A DNA stretch of 64,000 bases, taken from Branchiostoma lanceolatum (lineage: Eukaryota). Of this stretch, positions 41,501-51,405 are shown piece after piece. The stretch spans positions 25,291,081-25,355,080 of the forward strand of contig NC_089722.1 of the NCBI RefSeq assembly GCF_035083965.1. The letters run 5' to 3'. A program made the position numbers and the translations under genes. The number at the start of each line of letters is the position of its first letter. Positions within the stretch are counted from its first letter, which is position 1. Under the pieces are notes generated by a model. The model made no database searches and was not told the DNA's origin. It saw only the letters and a program-made list of their open reading frames with translations.

Positions 41501-41885
41501 GGGCCATAGTCTGTAGACCATATCCCTAAAGGACACTGTATTAGGGCAAACCGCATTGGCCCCAACCCTGCTTTCTGAAATTCTCAACACCAAATCTAAC
41601 CTGCCTGATGTGTCGAAAAACTGTTTCGCGTATGTATGCATCTATCCTTAGTTACCAAGTCGCAGTTATTATCCCCAGGCTGCCCTACCTTAGCATTTCA
41701 TTTCATTTCATTTTATTTATTGTCCCATATGTTATACATATTCACACACGTACCCTCTATCCTGAACCATGGATGGCTCCCGGAACCTGTTGGTGTCCCC
41801 CTCCGCTGTAGACCCCACTGTCGGTACCAGTAGGAGGTAAGTACCGAGGGCAGCTAATAGAGCGAGCGGTGAACGGGACTGGGGC
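13774..41885 (-). CDS. MCFD2-like copy C, apparently one gene split by a roughly 26.9-kb intron 2 (exons 1-2 at 41.3-41.9 kb, exons 3-4 at 13.8-14.4 kb)
   Basis: Exon 1 is about 41885-41760 ([46 protein letters not shown], donor GTACGT). Exon 2 is about 41350-41268 ([28 protein letters not shown], donor GTGAGT). No exon 3/4 lies between 41268 and 14400. The next compatible exons are 14394-14283 ([39 protein letters not shown], acceptor CATCAG) and 13903-13774 ([41 protein letters not shown]). Order, strand and phases are compatible. The alternative is two truncated pseudogene halves. Confidence 0.45.
14860..15330. repeat. Left arm of a long inverted repeat (partner at 40560-41040) with internal ~20-bp degenerate tandem subrepeats
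   Basis: 14881-15330 is the reverse complement of 40560-41010 at high identity. The ORF pair 14904-15098 (+) and 40797-40991 (-) encodes the same peptide. The internal subrepeat is atcgcaaccgagttttaaaaca. Confidence 0.8.
15700..16200. repeat. Dispersed repeat. A related copy lies in an intron of the titin-like gene (57850-58030)
   Basis: 16040-16200 (cagtaccaagctcacataccagggggaccaaaaatcaacattgaccttcgtattcccaacaccgacccacatatcaaatatcat...tccggaagg) is about 75% identical to 57880-58020. Confidence 0.55.
16266..16510. mobile_element. MITE (about 245 bp) with roughly 22-bp TIRs GGCCCTGTCACAYTTGTGCGTAT
   Basis: Left end is gggccctgtcacacttgtgcgtata. Right end is tacgcagaagtgtgacagggg, its reverse complement. 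Confidence 0.65.
16511..17716. mobile_element. Non-autonomous TIR element of about 1.2 kb sharing the same TIRs as the adjacent MITE
   Basis: Left end is ggccctgtcacatttgtgcgtata (16511). Right end is tatacgcacaagtgtgacaggg (17694-17716). The interior is full of tacgc/gcgta-rich low-complexity sequence, and its ORFs (16538-17035) are Arg-rich with no recognisable transposase. Confidence 0.6.
18019..18435 (-). mobile_element. Non-LTR retrotransposon ORF2 fragment with a zf-RVT-like (reverse-transcriptase zinc-binding) domain
   Basis: The 138-aa ORF contains [18 protein letters not shown], the C..C..ET..HLF..C.....W pattern of the zf-RVT domain. Confidence 0.55.
18860..19560. repeat. Tandem repeat with a unit of about 98-100 bp, about 7 copies
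   Basis: The unit ccacggNcattccgagacgatttagtgatgaactcaacggcaatgccgtcactaatagcggcgattcgccgtggaattcatctatttagtgatgaact recurs at about 18863, 18964, 19063, 19162, 19259 and 19357. Confidence 0.85.
19980..20450. repeat. Left long TIR-like block (modules C, A-rc, B) of a roughly 5-kb inverted-repeat-bounded structure
   Basis: 19981-20050 is the reverse complement of 24850-24940. 20090-20320 is the reverse complement of 24480-24700. 20340-20450 is a direct copy of 24390-24480. Confidence 0.6.
20477..20596. repeat. (ATCT)n microsatellite, about 30 units
   Basis: ctatctatctatc... with a few point substitutions. Confidence 0.95.
21148..21969 (+). mobile_element. Non-LTR (LINE) retrotransposon reverse-transcriptase fragment, frameshifted
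   Basis: The two ORFs read [53 protein letters not shown] and [35 protein letters not shown]. They carry LINE RT motifs (FRPNRSC.DQIF, the FADD/YADD box) but lie in different frames. Confidence 0.8.
22051..22946 (-). mobile_element. LINE ORF2 fragment (RT palm/thumb plus C-terminal domain) in inverse orientation to the neighbouring fragment
   Basis: ORFs on the - strand read [33 protein letters not shown] and [54 protein letters not shown], which is a typical RTE/L2-type ORF2 tail. Confidence 0.75.
23133..23465 (-). mobile_element. Fragment of a retrotransposon ORF2 C-terminus
   Basis: The motif ..[18 protein letters not shown].. is the conserved C-terminal motif seen in many invertebrate LINE ORF2 proteins. 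Confidence 0.5.
24390..24940. repeat. Right long TIR-like block (modules B, A, C-rc), partner of 19980-20450
   Basis: See the partner block. The enclosed 20450-24390 holds the (ATCT)n tract and the three LINE fragments. Confidence 0.6.
25255..26075. mobile_element. MITE-like element of about 820 bp with 27-bp perfect TIRs
   Basis: Left end is aagccccggttacacatagccgaacat (25253-). Right end is atgttcggctatgtgtaaccggggctt (26049-26075). Internal agccgaac(a/t) motifs are repeated. Confidence 0.7.
27190..27530. repeat. Foldback element with two nested perfect hairpins
   Basis: Inner arms are 27296-27375 (ctagcctctaccaggctccgcggatcgctaggaaaatagtagaaatcggcaaatagagtgaaaagtatgccaaggg) and 27420-27505, its reverse complement. 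Outer arms are cgactattggagggcttttttt (27225-) and aaaaaaagccctccaacagtcg (27275-), with ggcgccatga at both ends. Confidence 0.7.
29515..29740. repeat. Tandem repeat with a unit of about 60 bp, about 4 copies (ggtactaacacaggcaagcattggtggaggggtccctcagtccctgggcttgggg)
   Basis: Read directly from the sequence. Confidence 0.8.
29980..30720. repeat. Copy 1 of a roughly 740-bp low-copy segment (copy 2 at 32380-33100). Each copy is followed by the 40-bp then the 54-bp satellite, so together they form a higher-order duplication of about 2.4 kb
   Basis: 30040-30480 matches 32420-32870 nearly base for base (gaaatgaggagcttttctgcatgataacatgctattattccttagtggaacatgataggaatag...). Confidence 0.8.
30770..31030. 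repeat. Minisatellite with a unit of about 40 bp (cactccagccattctaagcacctgtaagt)
   Basis: Direct tandem copies. Further arrays lie at 31240-31500 and 33090-33420. Confidence 0.8.
31240..31500. repeat. Minisatellite of about 40 bp, second array
   Basis: It uses the same unit as 30770-31030. Confidence 0.8.
31660..32200. repeat. Satellite array with a unit of about 54 bp (ttagcagacacaggtgtttggcttctattattctgatgaatgattttttcctc), first block
   Basis: Tandem, degenerate copies read directly from the sequence. Confidence 0.8.
33090..33420. repeat. Minisatellite of about 40 bp, third array (part of the duplicated 2.4-kb block)
   Basis: It uses the same unit as 30770-31030. Confidence 0.8.
33580..35880. 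repeat. Satellite array with a unit of about 53-55 bp (about 40 copies, most homogeneous at 34380-35560), second block
   Basis: The start of ttagcagacacagg recurs at 34511, 34564, 34618 and onward. The overlapping 'ORFs' at 34524-35667 are repeat artefacts. Confidence 0.9.
40260..41040. repeat. Right arm of the long inverted repeat (partner 14860-15330) plus an extended degenerate subrepeat zone
   Basis: See the partner arm. 40300-40450 holds further degenerate copies of the ~20-bp unit (gttaaaagcccgacgcag...). Confidence 0.8.
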
Positions 41886-42589
41886 ACGGCCATGATGAAC
41901 ATATACACACATGCTCGTGTGAGTGTCTGTTTGAATTACATATTTGTGTTTAATCTTTGACACCCCATGATGACGTGTTGTATATACGGTAAGTGTAATA
42001 ATTCTCATATCAACAACAACATAAACAAGGTTATCAAGATTTTTATTGCGTTTTGTAAGATAGTCTCATCCGGATGCCAAGTGGACATAGTATCTTAAGC
42101 GGTTTTATTAGTTCCTCTATGTTAGATACTAGTATATAGCCACTTCAGTTCATAAACGTACACACACCCACAAAACGATTACTATGGCAACAGCATGATA
42201 AGTTTTCAATGCAACTGTTATATAGATAAGAGGGAATATCATTCCATTATATTACACACAGCTAAGCTTATGATCAAACGACAAATCCTCTAGAAAAGGA
42301 TTCTTCAAGATCAGCGCTATCAAAGGGGAGCGCTTCACCTTAAAATTACCTTGTTATTTTCGTTCAGATGATTGGCCCCTCGATGATTTCCTTTTCAACT
42401 TTCAAAGCGGTTCGGAAAGTATAATTACACTGTTTCTTCCTTTAAAGTTGTACCTAAAAGTTGAGACTTTGACATTTCTTTACAGGTGCTTTTAGATACA
42501 TGTGTGGCTATAAACAGCTGTACGTGCCATATATATCTTATTCCATTAATTTTCAAGTTTTCTTCATCTTGCTAATTGCACTTGTATAT

Positions 42590-44078
42590 CTAATTCCCCT
42601 GTTGTTTCATTTCCGCCTCTTTTTGTTTCCGCGCAGCTTCAGCCATGACTTCGCGCCTTTTCCTGGCGATGACGTATTCAATCCAGCTGATCATGCCGTC
42701 ATCGTCGGAGTCATCGTCCTCCAGGATCTTGTCCACCAAACCTACGCAGTAGAAACAAAAAAATTGGGACTACGATTTCCATTGAATGAGTGAAGAAAAT
42801 CTGTGGAAACACTGATTTACACAAGAGATGTCACAGAAAAAACTAGGCAGTGCATTTGCTGACCAGGGAAAAATCAGAAGTACATGTACAACATTGTAAG
42901 AGATTATGCTAGTTTAAGAGCCAGCCGTACTGCTTGTCAGGTAGTTCAAGTCATTCCCACATCATATGGTGTATGTATTGCCGTGCTCATCTCCGTTCTA
43001 TAGCCCTTGGGCCACACAGCTGCGAAAGCACTACTTCAGAGGGCTAGCCCCATAAGTGCTGTTTGTACCCATTAAGTACTCCATCATTTCGTTGTAGTCA
43101 GGAGGGAGGCCATAGTCGGTTGAATGTTCGATGGCGGCCATGATCTCCAGTCCGTCCAACTTCAAGTCCTTGTCTCCGTCGTGAGACCTGTGGTTAACGA
43201 CGAAAACAGAAGAACAAGTTTCCTGTAATTTGATCTAACCAGGCGTAGATCATCAACATCATCATCATCTGTACCCCCAAATAACCTCATTAGGGGCAAA
43301 GTAGGGGAGTTGAGGTCCCGAGCTAGGGTGGGCAGGCCTCCAGCCTGGCACGGAACGACTCAACGGTGGGAGCCGTCACAACCGTGCCAGGCAGGGCATT
43401 CCACTGGGACTATGATGCAAACTTGGCGTAAGTAATTCAAGTTTTTCTACAGCCTGCTCTTATTTTTGATTTATCAGAGGTTTCTTCAAAGGGATATACT
43501 CACTTGAAGAAGTGGAACTCCATTTCTTCGGGTGACATCTGGTTAATCTGTTCTTCCGTCAGCTCTTGGACGTGCTCCTTTAGGTGACTATAGAAAAATA
43601 TCACCGGATTATTCATGATCATTAGAAAAGCTCTCCTAAAACTTAGCTAGCTCTGTAACCATATGAAAAGTAAGTCGTCTGTATGGAGGGGCACACAGCT
43701 GTGTCCGTTCACACCATGGCTTCTCGTTCCGTTCTGTTGTAAATGAAAATTACAAAATACATAACGAAAACCTTTACGCCGTAGATATGTTAAAGTGTTA
43801 AAGATTCGTACATATCAAAATGATAGAATTGTCTTTGTATCCACAGTAAGAATTCAAAATTTGCAATAATGACTGTTTAGTTCCTTATGTGACGCTTCCC
43901 ACATTATTCCATATGGTTATCTGACCATAAAACCATAAAAAACCTACTGTTTATCCTGTGTCATTGCTGGATCCCGAAACCTATTGCTTGCAGTATCGCC
44001 GGTACCAGTGCATAATGCAATCGGCACAAGAAACAGAAAGGCACTGATGACCACCAGCAAACGACGTAAAAACTCCAT
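42590..44078 (-). CDS. MCFD2-like copy E (4 exons); its terminal exon lies just outside the 6.4-kb duplicated unit
   Basis: Exons are about 44078-43963 (MEFLRRLLVVISAFLFLVPIALCTGTGDTASNRFRDPAMTQDK, donor GTAGGT), 43588-43503 ([28 protein letters not shown]), 43186-43070 ([39 protein letters not shown]) and 42744-42590 (LVDKILEDDDSDDDGMISWIEYVIARKRREVMAEAARKQKEAEMKQQGN*). Confidence 0.75.
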
Positions 44079-45016
44079 GTTGATAGCTTAGGATTTGCGC
44101 TGCTAGTGCGTTACTACTACTATCCTCATGTGAGTGAGTATTTGTGCCGAAGTTAATCTTTAACCGCTGTACGCTCGCACCCACGTGTTCTCCACACTCG
44201 AGAGTACATTGTTTTCGCGAGGAGTAAATAAAGCAATATCAATAGACAGCAAATAGTTATTGTAAGGTGTCTGGTTGTGAATGTCGTGAGAATGAGAAGC
44301 ATCAGAACAGTTCAGACAGAGGAAAGGGCATTTATTACCAATTCACACTTTCAGTCCTTAGCCTTATCATAGTGACATTGCTTCGGAAGGTAACTAAAAT
44401 ACGAACCGCTGGAAGAACGTACAAACGTGTAAAACATTTATCCTGAAATAGGTAGATAGCCGCTTTATTTCATAAACGTAGACACAGCCACAAAACTATT
44501 TCTCGGCAACAACATCAGACTTTAAGGCGAAGTACGTAACTGCTGTACAGAAAAGGCGGAAATGTCATTCCGCTTTATTTCACACAAGTAACGTCGTCGT
44601 CAAACGACAATTCTTTTAGAAAATAATTGTTTAAGATCATCGCTTCCTTAAAGTAAGAGAGCACCTCCCCATGAAATTACCGTGTTATGTTCGTTTAGAT
44701 GCTTGGTCCCTCGACAATCACTTGGTTTTTAAAACGTTCAGGGTGGTTTGGAAAGTCTAATTACACAGTTTTTCATTTTAAGTTGTACATAAAACGGCAA
44801 TTATATGATAACCTGCCACACGTATGTAGATGTATATACCGCTATCCATCAGTTTTGGACATGTGCTTTCAGATGTTTCACTACTAATCATTGTAAGCAT
44901 TGGCTGCATGTACCATATATTTCAAATTCTATCAATTTGTTCTAAGTATCATATTTATCATCATCTAGTGCATTGCATTAATGCATCTAGTTCCCCTGTT
45001 GTTCTTGTTGTTTCCG

Positions 45017-47933
45017 TCATGCCACTTTTTGTTTCCGCGCATGCGCGGCTTCAGCCTCGACTTCGCGCCTTCTGCTGGCGATGACGTATTCAATCCAGCT
45101 GATCATGCCGTCATCGTCGGTGTCATCGTCTGCCAGGACCTTGTCCACTAATTCTGCACAGAAGAAACAATTTAAGGGGACAAACAAATATTTTCTCTGT
45201 GCATTCAATAGTTTGTTCAGTAATAAAACACTCCTTTACGCCGGAACGTTGCGGACAGAAAACCCAGAATAGTACATGATGCTTGGTGAAAATTCAAAGT
45301 TCAAAATGGGGGGAGTTAATGCTTGTTCAAAATCCACACCGCTGTGCAAGTACTACAGCAGTAGCCTGAGTACCAGCCCTTTTAGCTTCCGTCCGCTACC
45401 CAAGCTCCGCTACCGGCCGGTAGCGGAGCTTGGGTAGCGGACGGAAGCTAAAAGGGCTGGTACTCAGGCTACTACAGCAGGAGGCTAGTCCACTGGTAGT
45501 GACGTTTGTTTAAATGCTATATTCGTTTCCATAAGTGCTGTATGTACCTGCATAGTACTCCGTCATATCTTTATCTTCATGCGTGTTAAAGTGGGTTGAA
45601 TGTTCGATGGCGGCCAGTATCTCCAGTCCGTCCAACTTCAAGTCCTTATCACTGTCGTGAGTCCTGTGGAGAGGCGACGATTTCATATTGTTCAATCTAA
45701 TCACGCGTACGAATCCCTACAGATACTAGAAAGGCAACATTTGCGAGCAAATACAGCATGTTTAGCCATACTCCTCGCCATGCAAAAAATGGACTCTCCC
45801 AAAATAACAATGGACCATTCTAAAATACTTGCACTAAAAAAATGAATCACCCCAGTCCAAAATTGAGTCTTCCAGTAGCACCTCAACACAATATGGACCA
45901 GTCCACAACCATATCCACTTATTGATTAACAAATACACTTCTGCTAACAAATGGACTTTTTCATAATCATTCCAGCTCAAAATTGAAAGAAATGATTAAA
46001 GAATCCTCCCCTTGCAAGAATGGGATATTCCGTGCCATTTCCATGTAAACCAGTCGAAAAATATCCGCTGAAAATTACACTCTTGCGCATAATCAACCCA
46101 GTTCAAAATTGAATGAAAAAAGATCAACCCCAGGGAAGAATGAAGTTTTCCATAGTATACATATGAAGATTTGACAGGAGAAGAAGGAAATGACCCAAAA
46201 CAACATATTTGAATGGGTGAAATATAAAAATGTGACACCCCTTTGTTTGAATGTACTTTGGGTTGAAAATAACGAAACGAAAAAATTCTTTGTTTAAAAA
46301 ATCGTTTTGAAAGGCTGTATGCCAAACATTTGAATGAGGGCCTGTGTACATGACCAAGGCAGACACATACCAGATTTCACATTATTTTGGTTTAATACAT
46401 AGGAACTGGAGATGTGTATCTTTGTTAAAAAAAGAGTGAACAAAGCCATGTAATCACATGTCCTAGGAATTCCCATACCATATTTGGCATGAATACTAGC
46501 ACACCTGCGCCAGGAATGCAAGATAATTAGATTAACCCAATTGACCAATCAGGTGGTCGCAAGGCTCACAGGCATGCAAGGCCAGGTGCAAGGCACTTGG
46601 GGTCAATGACCTTTAGGTCATATGTAGTATTGAAAGTGACAGAAGTGGCAAATATTGTCAAGAAAGCCCAAAATAAATCGTTTTGAATATATGTATGCCA
46701 AAAATGGGAATGTAGTCCTTTAAATATTTGTACAAGCCACATATACAGCAAATTTCAGGTCATTCGGTTGAAATACCAGGGCGCAGGAGGCCAAGATATG
46801 CTAAAAATAGCCTAAAAACCTCAATAAAATCACTTTTAAGGTCAATATCAAAAAAAGGAAAAGAACACACATTGGTTTTTGCCTACATTACCTCTGTACC
46901 AAATTTCAGGTCATTTGGTCAAAAAATGACAGAGATGAATCGATTTGAAGATTTGACAGGAGGAGAAGAAGAAGAAGAAGAAGAAGAAGAAGAAGAAGAA
47001 ACATGAGTAAAAACAATATGTTTAGCCATACTAGGTATGGCTAAACATAATAATAAGTTGATGTCAATGTCTAGCCTGACTAAATCGCGCTCCTAGCGGC
47101 TGGCCCGACGGCTACAGGGCCCCTATGTAAAGCAGTGTTAATCACTGAGCAGGGCTACCCTGGGTAAACATGACAGAAGAAGAAAAAATTAAAGATTAAA
47201 AATACAGCCCCTACCGCCCTTGGGGAAGAGATCATTAACCCCAGCCAGCGAGAGAATGTATAAACCAAGTCTAATACCCATTATTCTCTGCTAACCAGAG
47301 GTGTCTAAACCATCTCCTCTCATAGGGTTAGGCAGCAGGGTGAAGGTTAAAAGAATTAACTCACTTGAAGAAGTGGAACTCCTTTTCTTCAGATGACATC
47401 TCGTTGATCTGTTCTTCCGTCAGCTCTTTGACGTGTTCTTTCAGGTGACTACGTGAAATAAGATTGTCATATAGTTAGCTCTGTAACCATAGACATGCTT
47501 TAATTCGGAGTTGGAAGGCAGGTCGTCTGTGTGGGGAGGGGTACACAGCCCAGGTCTCTCAAACGCTAATCAGTCCCATTATTAATGAAAATATAACAAA
47601 AACATTTACTACCTCAACTATGACATCTGAATGATGAATTTCTGTACTCTGTCTATCAAAATGACAACATTATCCACAATATAATTTCTCGATTTCAAAA
47701 CTTTGTAATAATGAAGTAGAAGTGTTAAAGTTCCTTATGAAACACTTCCCACATTGTTCCATATGGCAATCTAAAAACAAAGACAGAACCATGAAAACCC
47801 ACTCTTTATCCTGCGTCATTGCTGGATCCCGAAACTTGTTGCTTGGAGTTTCGTCAGTACCAGTACATAATGCGTGTGGCACCAGAAACAGAAAGGCACT
47901 GATGGCCACCACCAAACGACTTGAAAACTCCAT
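45017..47933 (-). CDS. MCFD2-like copy F (4 exons, intron 2 about 1.7 kb)
   Basis: Exons are about 47933-47803 (MEFSSRLVVAISAFLFLVPHALCTGTDETPSNKFRDPAMTQDK, donor GTGGGT), 47455-47372 (HLKEHVKELTEEQINEMSSEEKEFHFFK), 45666-45548 ([38 protein letters not shown]) and 45153-45017 (ELVDKVLADDDTDDDGMISWIEYVIASRRREVEAEAAHARKQKVA*). Confidence 0.75.
46700..47005. mobile_element. SINE-like repeat with a (GAA)12 tail (duplicated at 53089-53394)
   Basis: See 9650-10140. The tail is gaagaagaagaagaagaagaagaagaagaagaagaaa. Confidence 0.5.
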
Positions 47934-49458
47934 GTTAATAGAATAGTGCAGCCAGTACCAGCGCCTTCCTATCTGCATGTGAGTGAGAATCTGTGCCGAC
48001 GTGTGCGCACACAGCTCATTAAGTACTTTGCTTATACAAGTAGCAAAACAATTGACATAGTTATTGTAAGGTGTTCGGTTGTGGGTGTCGTGGGAATGAG
48101 AAGCATTAGTACAGTTTAGACAGACCAAAAAGGTAATTATTACAATCCTACTGCGTTTCTGGCCTGGAATGATAGCTTTATCATGGTAACGTTTCACCAG
48201 AAGCGAAGGTAGTTAAAAACGCACCAAAAAAAGACGAACACAATGCCGTAGAATTACGCATAAAACACAATGAGCCTGCTTGGAGATTCTCGAAACGCAT
48301 ACAACAAAACAGCTCCCAACAAGTTATTGAAATGATATGTAGGTTTAGTAAGGCGCGATTTTAGTATATGAAAACCATGTCAACCAGTTAAACCATGCCA
48401 AATAAGCGCATGTCAGCAACTGTGACCGCAATAACCATTTACAGCAAAATCGGTGACTTTGGCCGACTGTCTTTGCAACTCTATATGATTGCCAGTATGC
48501 CACGTTCTGCGCTGACTAATACGAACAGGAAGGGCCTTGCCCATAATGTATTATGACACTCCTTCTATGACACCACCATAATGGACCTGTTATGATACAG
48601 TAGTGGAATGTGATATGTATGGTGAGGGGGAGGGGAAAACGAGACAACCCAAACGCCTCTTCACAGATGGTATTCAGGGTTCAGAGCCAGGCTGGGACAA
48701 AACAATCTGTTTAGTACATTAATTAATATTCGCGGTTGGCGGTTTAAAAGTGCTCTCACATCACCGATGAGGTCTACGAAATACAATTTATTCCATAACG
48801 TTGGTCACAATGGCCTACATCATTACGATGAAAATGAGTCGAATTGCGCAAAATGCGTTCTCAGACTACCAGGAAAAATGGGTATAGTCTATAGAAAGTT
48901 CTGGGCGCCCTGGAAAAGATGTTTAATTGCACTATTGCGATGATACGACTCCACATACTAGTATGTATGTTCTATAAGGAATGACGGATTCACCGGTTTA
49001 GTAACACGCCTATACATAACGGGATGACTGGTGATGACCACACGCTCTATATATATCCCGGGGGAACAGCTGCACAGTACAGTCCCCAGGGCCGACCCGT
49101 GTGGCCGCTAACTCCGACTTCTGCGACTTTTTGTCCCCAGAGAAAGGTATTCAATGGACTACGATTTCCATTGAATGAGTGAAGAAAATCTGTGGAAACA
49201 CTGATTTACACAAGAGATGTCACAGAAAAAACTAGGCAGTGCATTTGCTGACCAGGGAAAAATCAGAAGTACATGTACAACATTGTAAGAGATTATGCTA
49301 GTTTAAGAGCCAGCCGTACTGCTTGTCAGGTAGTTCAAGTCATTCCCACATCATATGGTGTATGTATTGCCGTGCTCATCTCCGTTCTATAGCCCTTGGG
49401 CCACACAGCTGCGAAAGCACTACTTCAGAGGGCTAGCCCCATAAGTGCTGTTTGTACC

Positions 49459-50467
49459 CATTAAGTACTCCATCATTTCGTTGTAGTCAGGAGGGAGGCC
49501 ATAGTCGGTTGAATGTTCGATGGCGGCCATGATCTCCAGTCCGTCCAACTTCAAGTCCTTGTCTCCGTCGTGAGACCTGTGGTTAACGACGAAAACAGAA
49601 GAACAAGTTTCCTGTAATTTGATCTAACCAGGCGTAGATCATCAACATCATCATCATCTGTACCCCCAAATAACCTCATTAGGGGCAAAGTAGGGGAGTT
49701 GAGGTCCCGAGCTAGGGTGGGCAGGCCTCCAGCCTGGCACGGAACGACTCAACGGTGGGAGCCGTCACAACCGTGCCAGGCAGGGCATTCCACTGGGACT
49801 ATGATGCAAACTTGGCGTAAGTAATTCAAGTTTTTCTACAGCCTGCTCTTATTTTTGATTTATCAGAGGTTTCTTCAAAGGGATATACTCACTTGAAGAA
49901 GTGGAACTCCATTTCTTCGGGTGACATCTGGTTAATCTGTTCTTCCGTCAGCTCTTGGACGTGCTCCTTTAGGTGACTATAGAAAAATATCACCGGATTA
50001 TTCATGATCATTAGAAAAGCTCTCCTAAAACTTAGCTAGCTCTGTAACCATATGAAAAGTAAGTCGTCTGTATGGAGGGGCACACAGCTGTGTCCGTTCA
50101 CACCATGGCTTCTCGTTCCGTTCTGTTGTAAATGAAAATTACAAAATACATAACGAAAACCTTTACGCCGTAGATATGTTAAAGTGTTAAAGATTCGTAC
50201 ATATCAAAATGATAGAATTGTCTTTGTATCCACAGTAAGAATTCAAAATTTGCAATAATGACTGTTTAGTTCCTTATGTGACGCTTCCCACATTATTCCA
50301 TATGGTTATCTGACCATAAAACCATAAAAAACCTACTGTTTATCCTGTGTCATTGCTGGATCCCGAAACCTATTGCTTGCAGTATCGCCGGTACCAGTGC
50401 ATAATGCAATCGGCACAAGAAACAGAAAGGCACTGATGACCACCAGCAAACGACGTAAAAACTCCAT
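49459..50467 (-). pseudogene. MCFD2-like copy E' (duplicate of E): exons 1-3 only, terminal EF-hand exon missing because the duplication breakpoint lies in intron 3
   Basis: It is identical to E exons 1-3 shifted by +6389 (50467-50352, 49977-49892, 49575-49459). Downstream on the - strand, 49458-48200 holds no LVDK...DDDGMISWIEYV exon. The next sequence is the promoter and exon 1 of copy F. Confidence 0.5.
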
Positions 50468-51405
50468 GTTGATAGCTTAGGATTTGCGCTGCTAGTGCGT
50501 TACTACTACTATCCTCATGTGAGTGAGTATTTGTGCCGAAGTTAATCTTTAACCGCTGTACGCTCGCACCCACGTGTTCTCCACACTCGAGAGTACATTG
50601 TTTTCGCGAGGAGTAAATAAAGCAATATCAATAGACAGCAAATAGTTATTGTAAGGTGTCTGGTTGTGAATGTCGTGAGAATGAGAAGCATCAGAACAGT
50701 TCAGACAGAGGAAAGGGCATTTATTACCAATTCACACTTTCAGTCCTTAGCCTTATCATAGTGACATTGCTTCGGAAGGTAACTAAAATACGAACCGCTG
50801 GAAGAACGTACAAACGTGTAAAACATTTATCCTGAAATAGGTAGATAGCCGCTTTATTTCATAAACGTAGACACAGCCACAAAACTATTTCTCGGCAACA
50901 ACATCAGACTTTAAGGCGAAGTACGTAACTGCTGTACAGAAAAGGCGGAAATGTCATTCCGCTTTATTTCACACAAGTAACGTCGTCGTCAAACGACAAT
51001 TCTTTTAGAAAATAATTGTTTAAGATCATCGCTTCCTTAAAGTAAGAGAGCACCTCCCCATGAAATTACCGTGTTATGTTCGTTTAGATGCTTGGTCCCT
51101 CGACAATCACTTGGTTTTTAAAACGTTCAGGGTGGTTTGGAAAGTCTAATTACACAGTTTTTCATTTTAAGTTGTACATAAAACGGCAATTATATGATAA
51201 CCTGCCACACGTATGTAGATGTATATACCGCTATCCATCAGTTTTGGACATGTGCTTTCAGATGTTTCACTACTAATCATTGTAAGCATTGGCTGCATGT
51301 ACCATATATTTCAAATTCTATCAATTTGTTCTAAGTATCATATTTATCATCATCTAGTGCATTGCATTAATGCATCTAGTTCCCCTGTTGTTCTTGTTGT
51401 TTCCG

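Larger units (their letters stand above)
42770..49158. repeat. Unit 1 of a sequence-identical 6,389-bp tandem duplication
   Basis: Every six-frame ORF in this unit recurs identically at +6389. The junction sequence ...cccagagaaaggtattcaa|tggactacgatttcc (49158/49159) reproduces the unit start at 42770. Confidence 0.85.

Noticed and set aside
47670-48197. 175-aa - strand ORF (and its duplicate at 54059-54586)
   Set aside because: Only the central part (MEFSSRLVVAISAFLFLVPHALCTG...QDK) is real exon 1 of copy F. The rest of the ORF runs through intron and 5' flank with no support.
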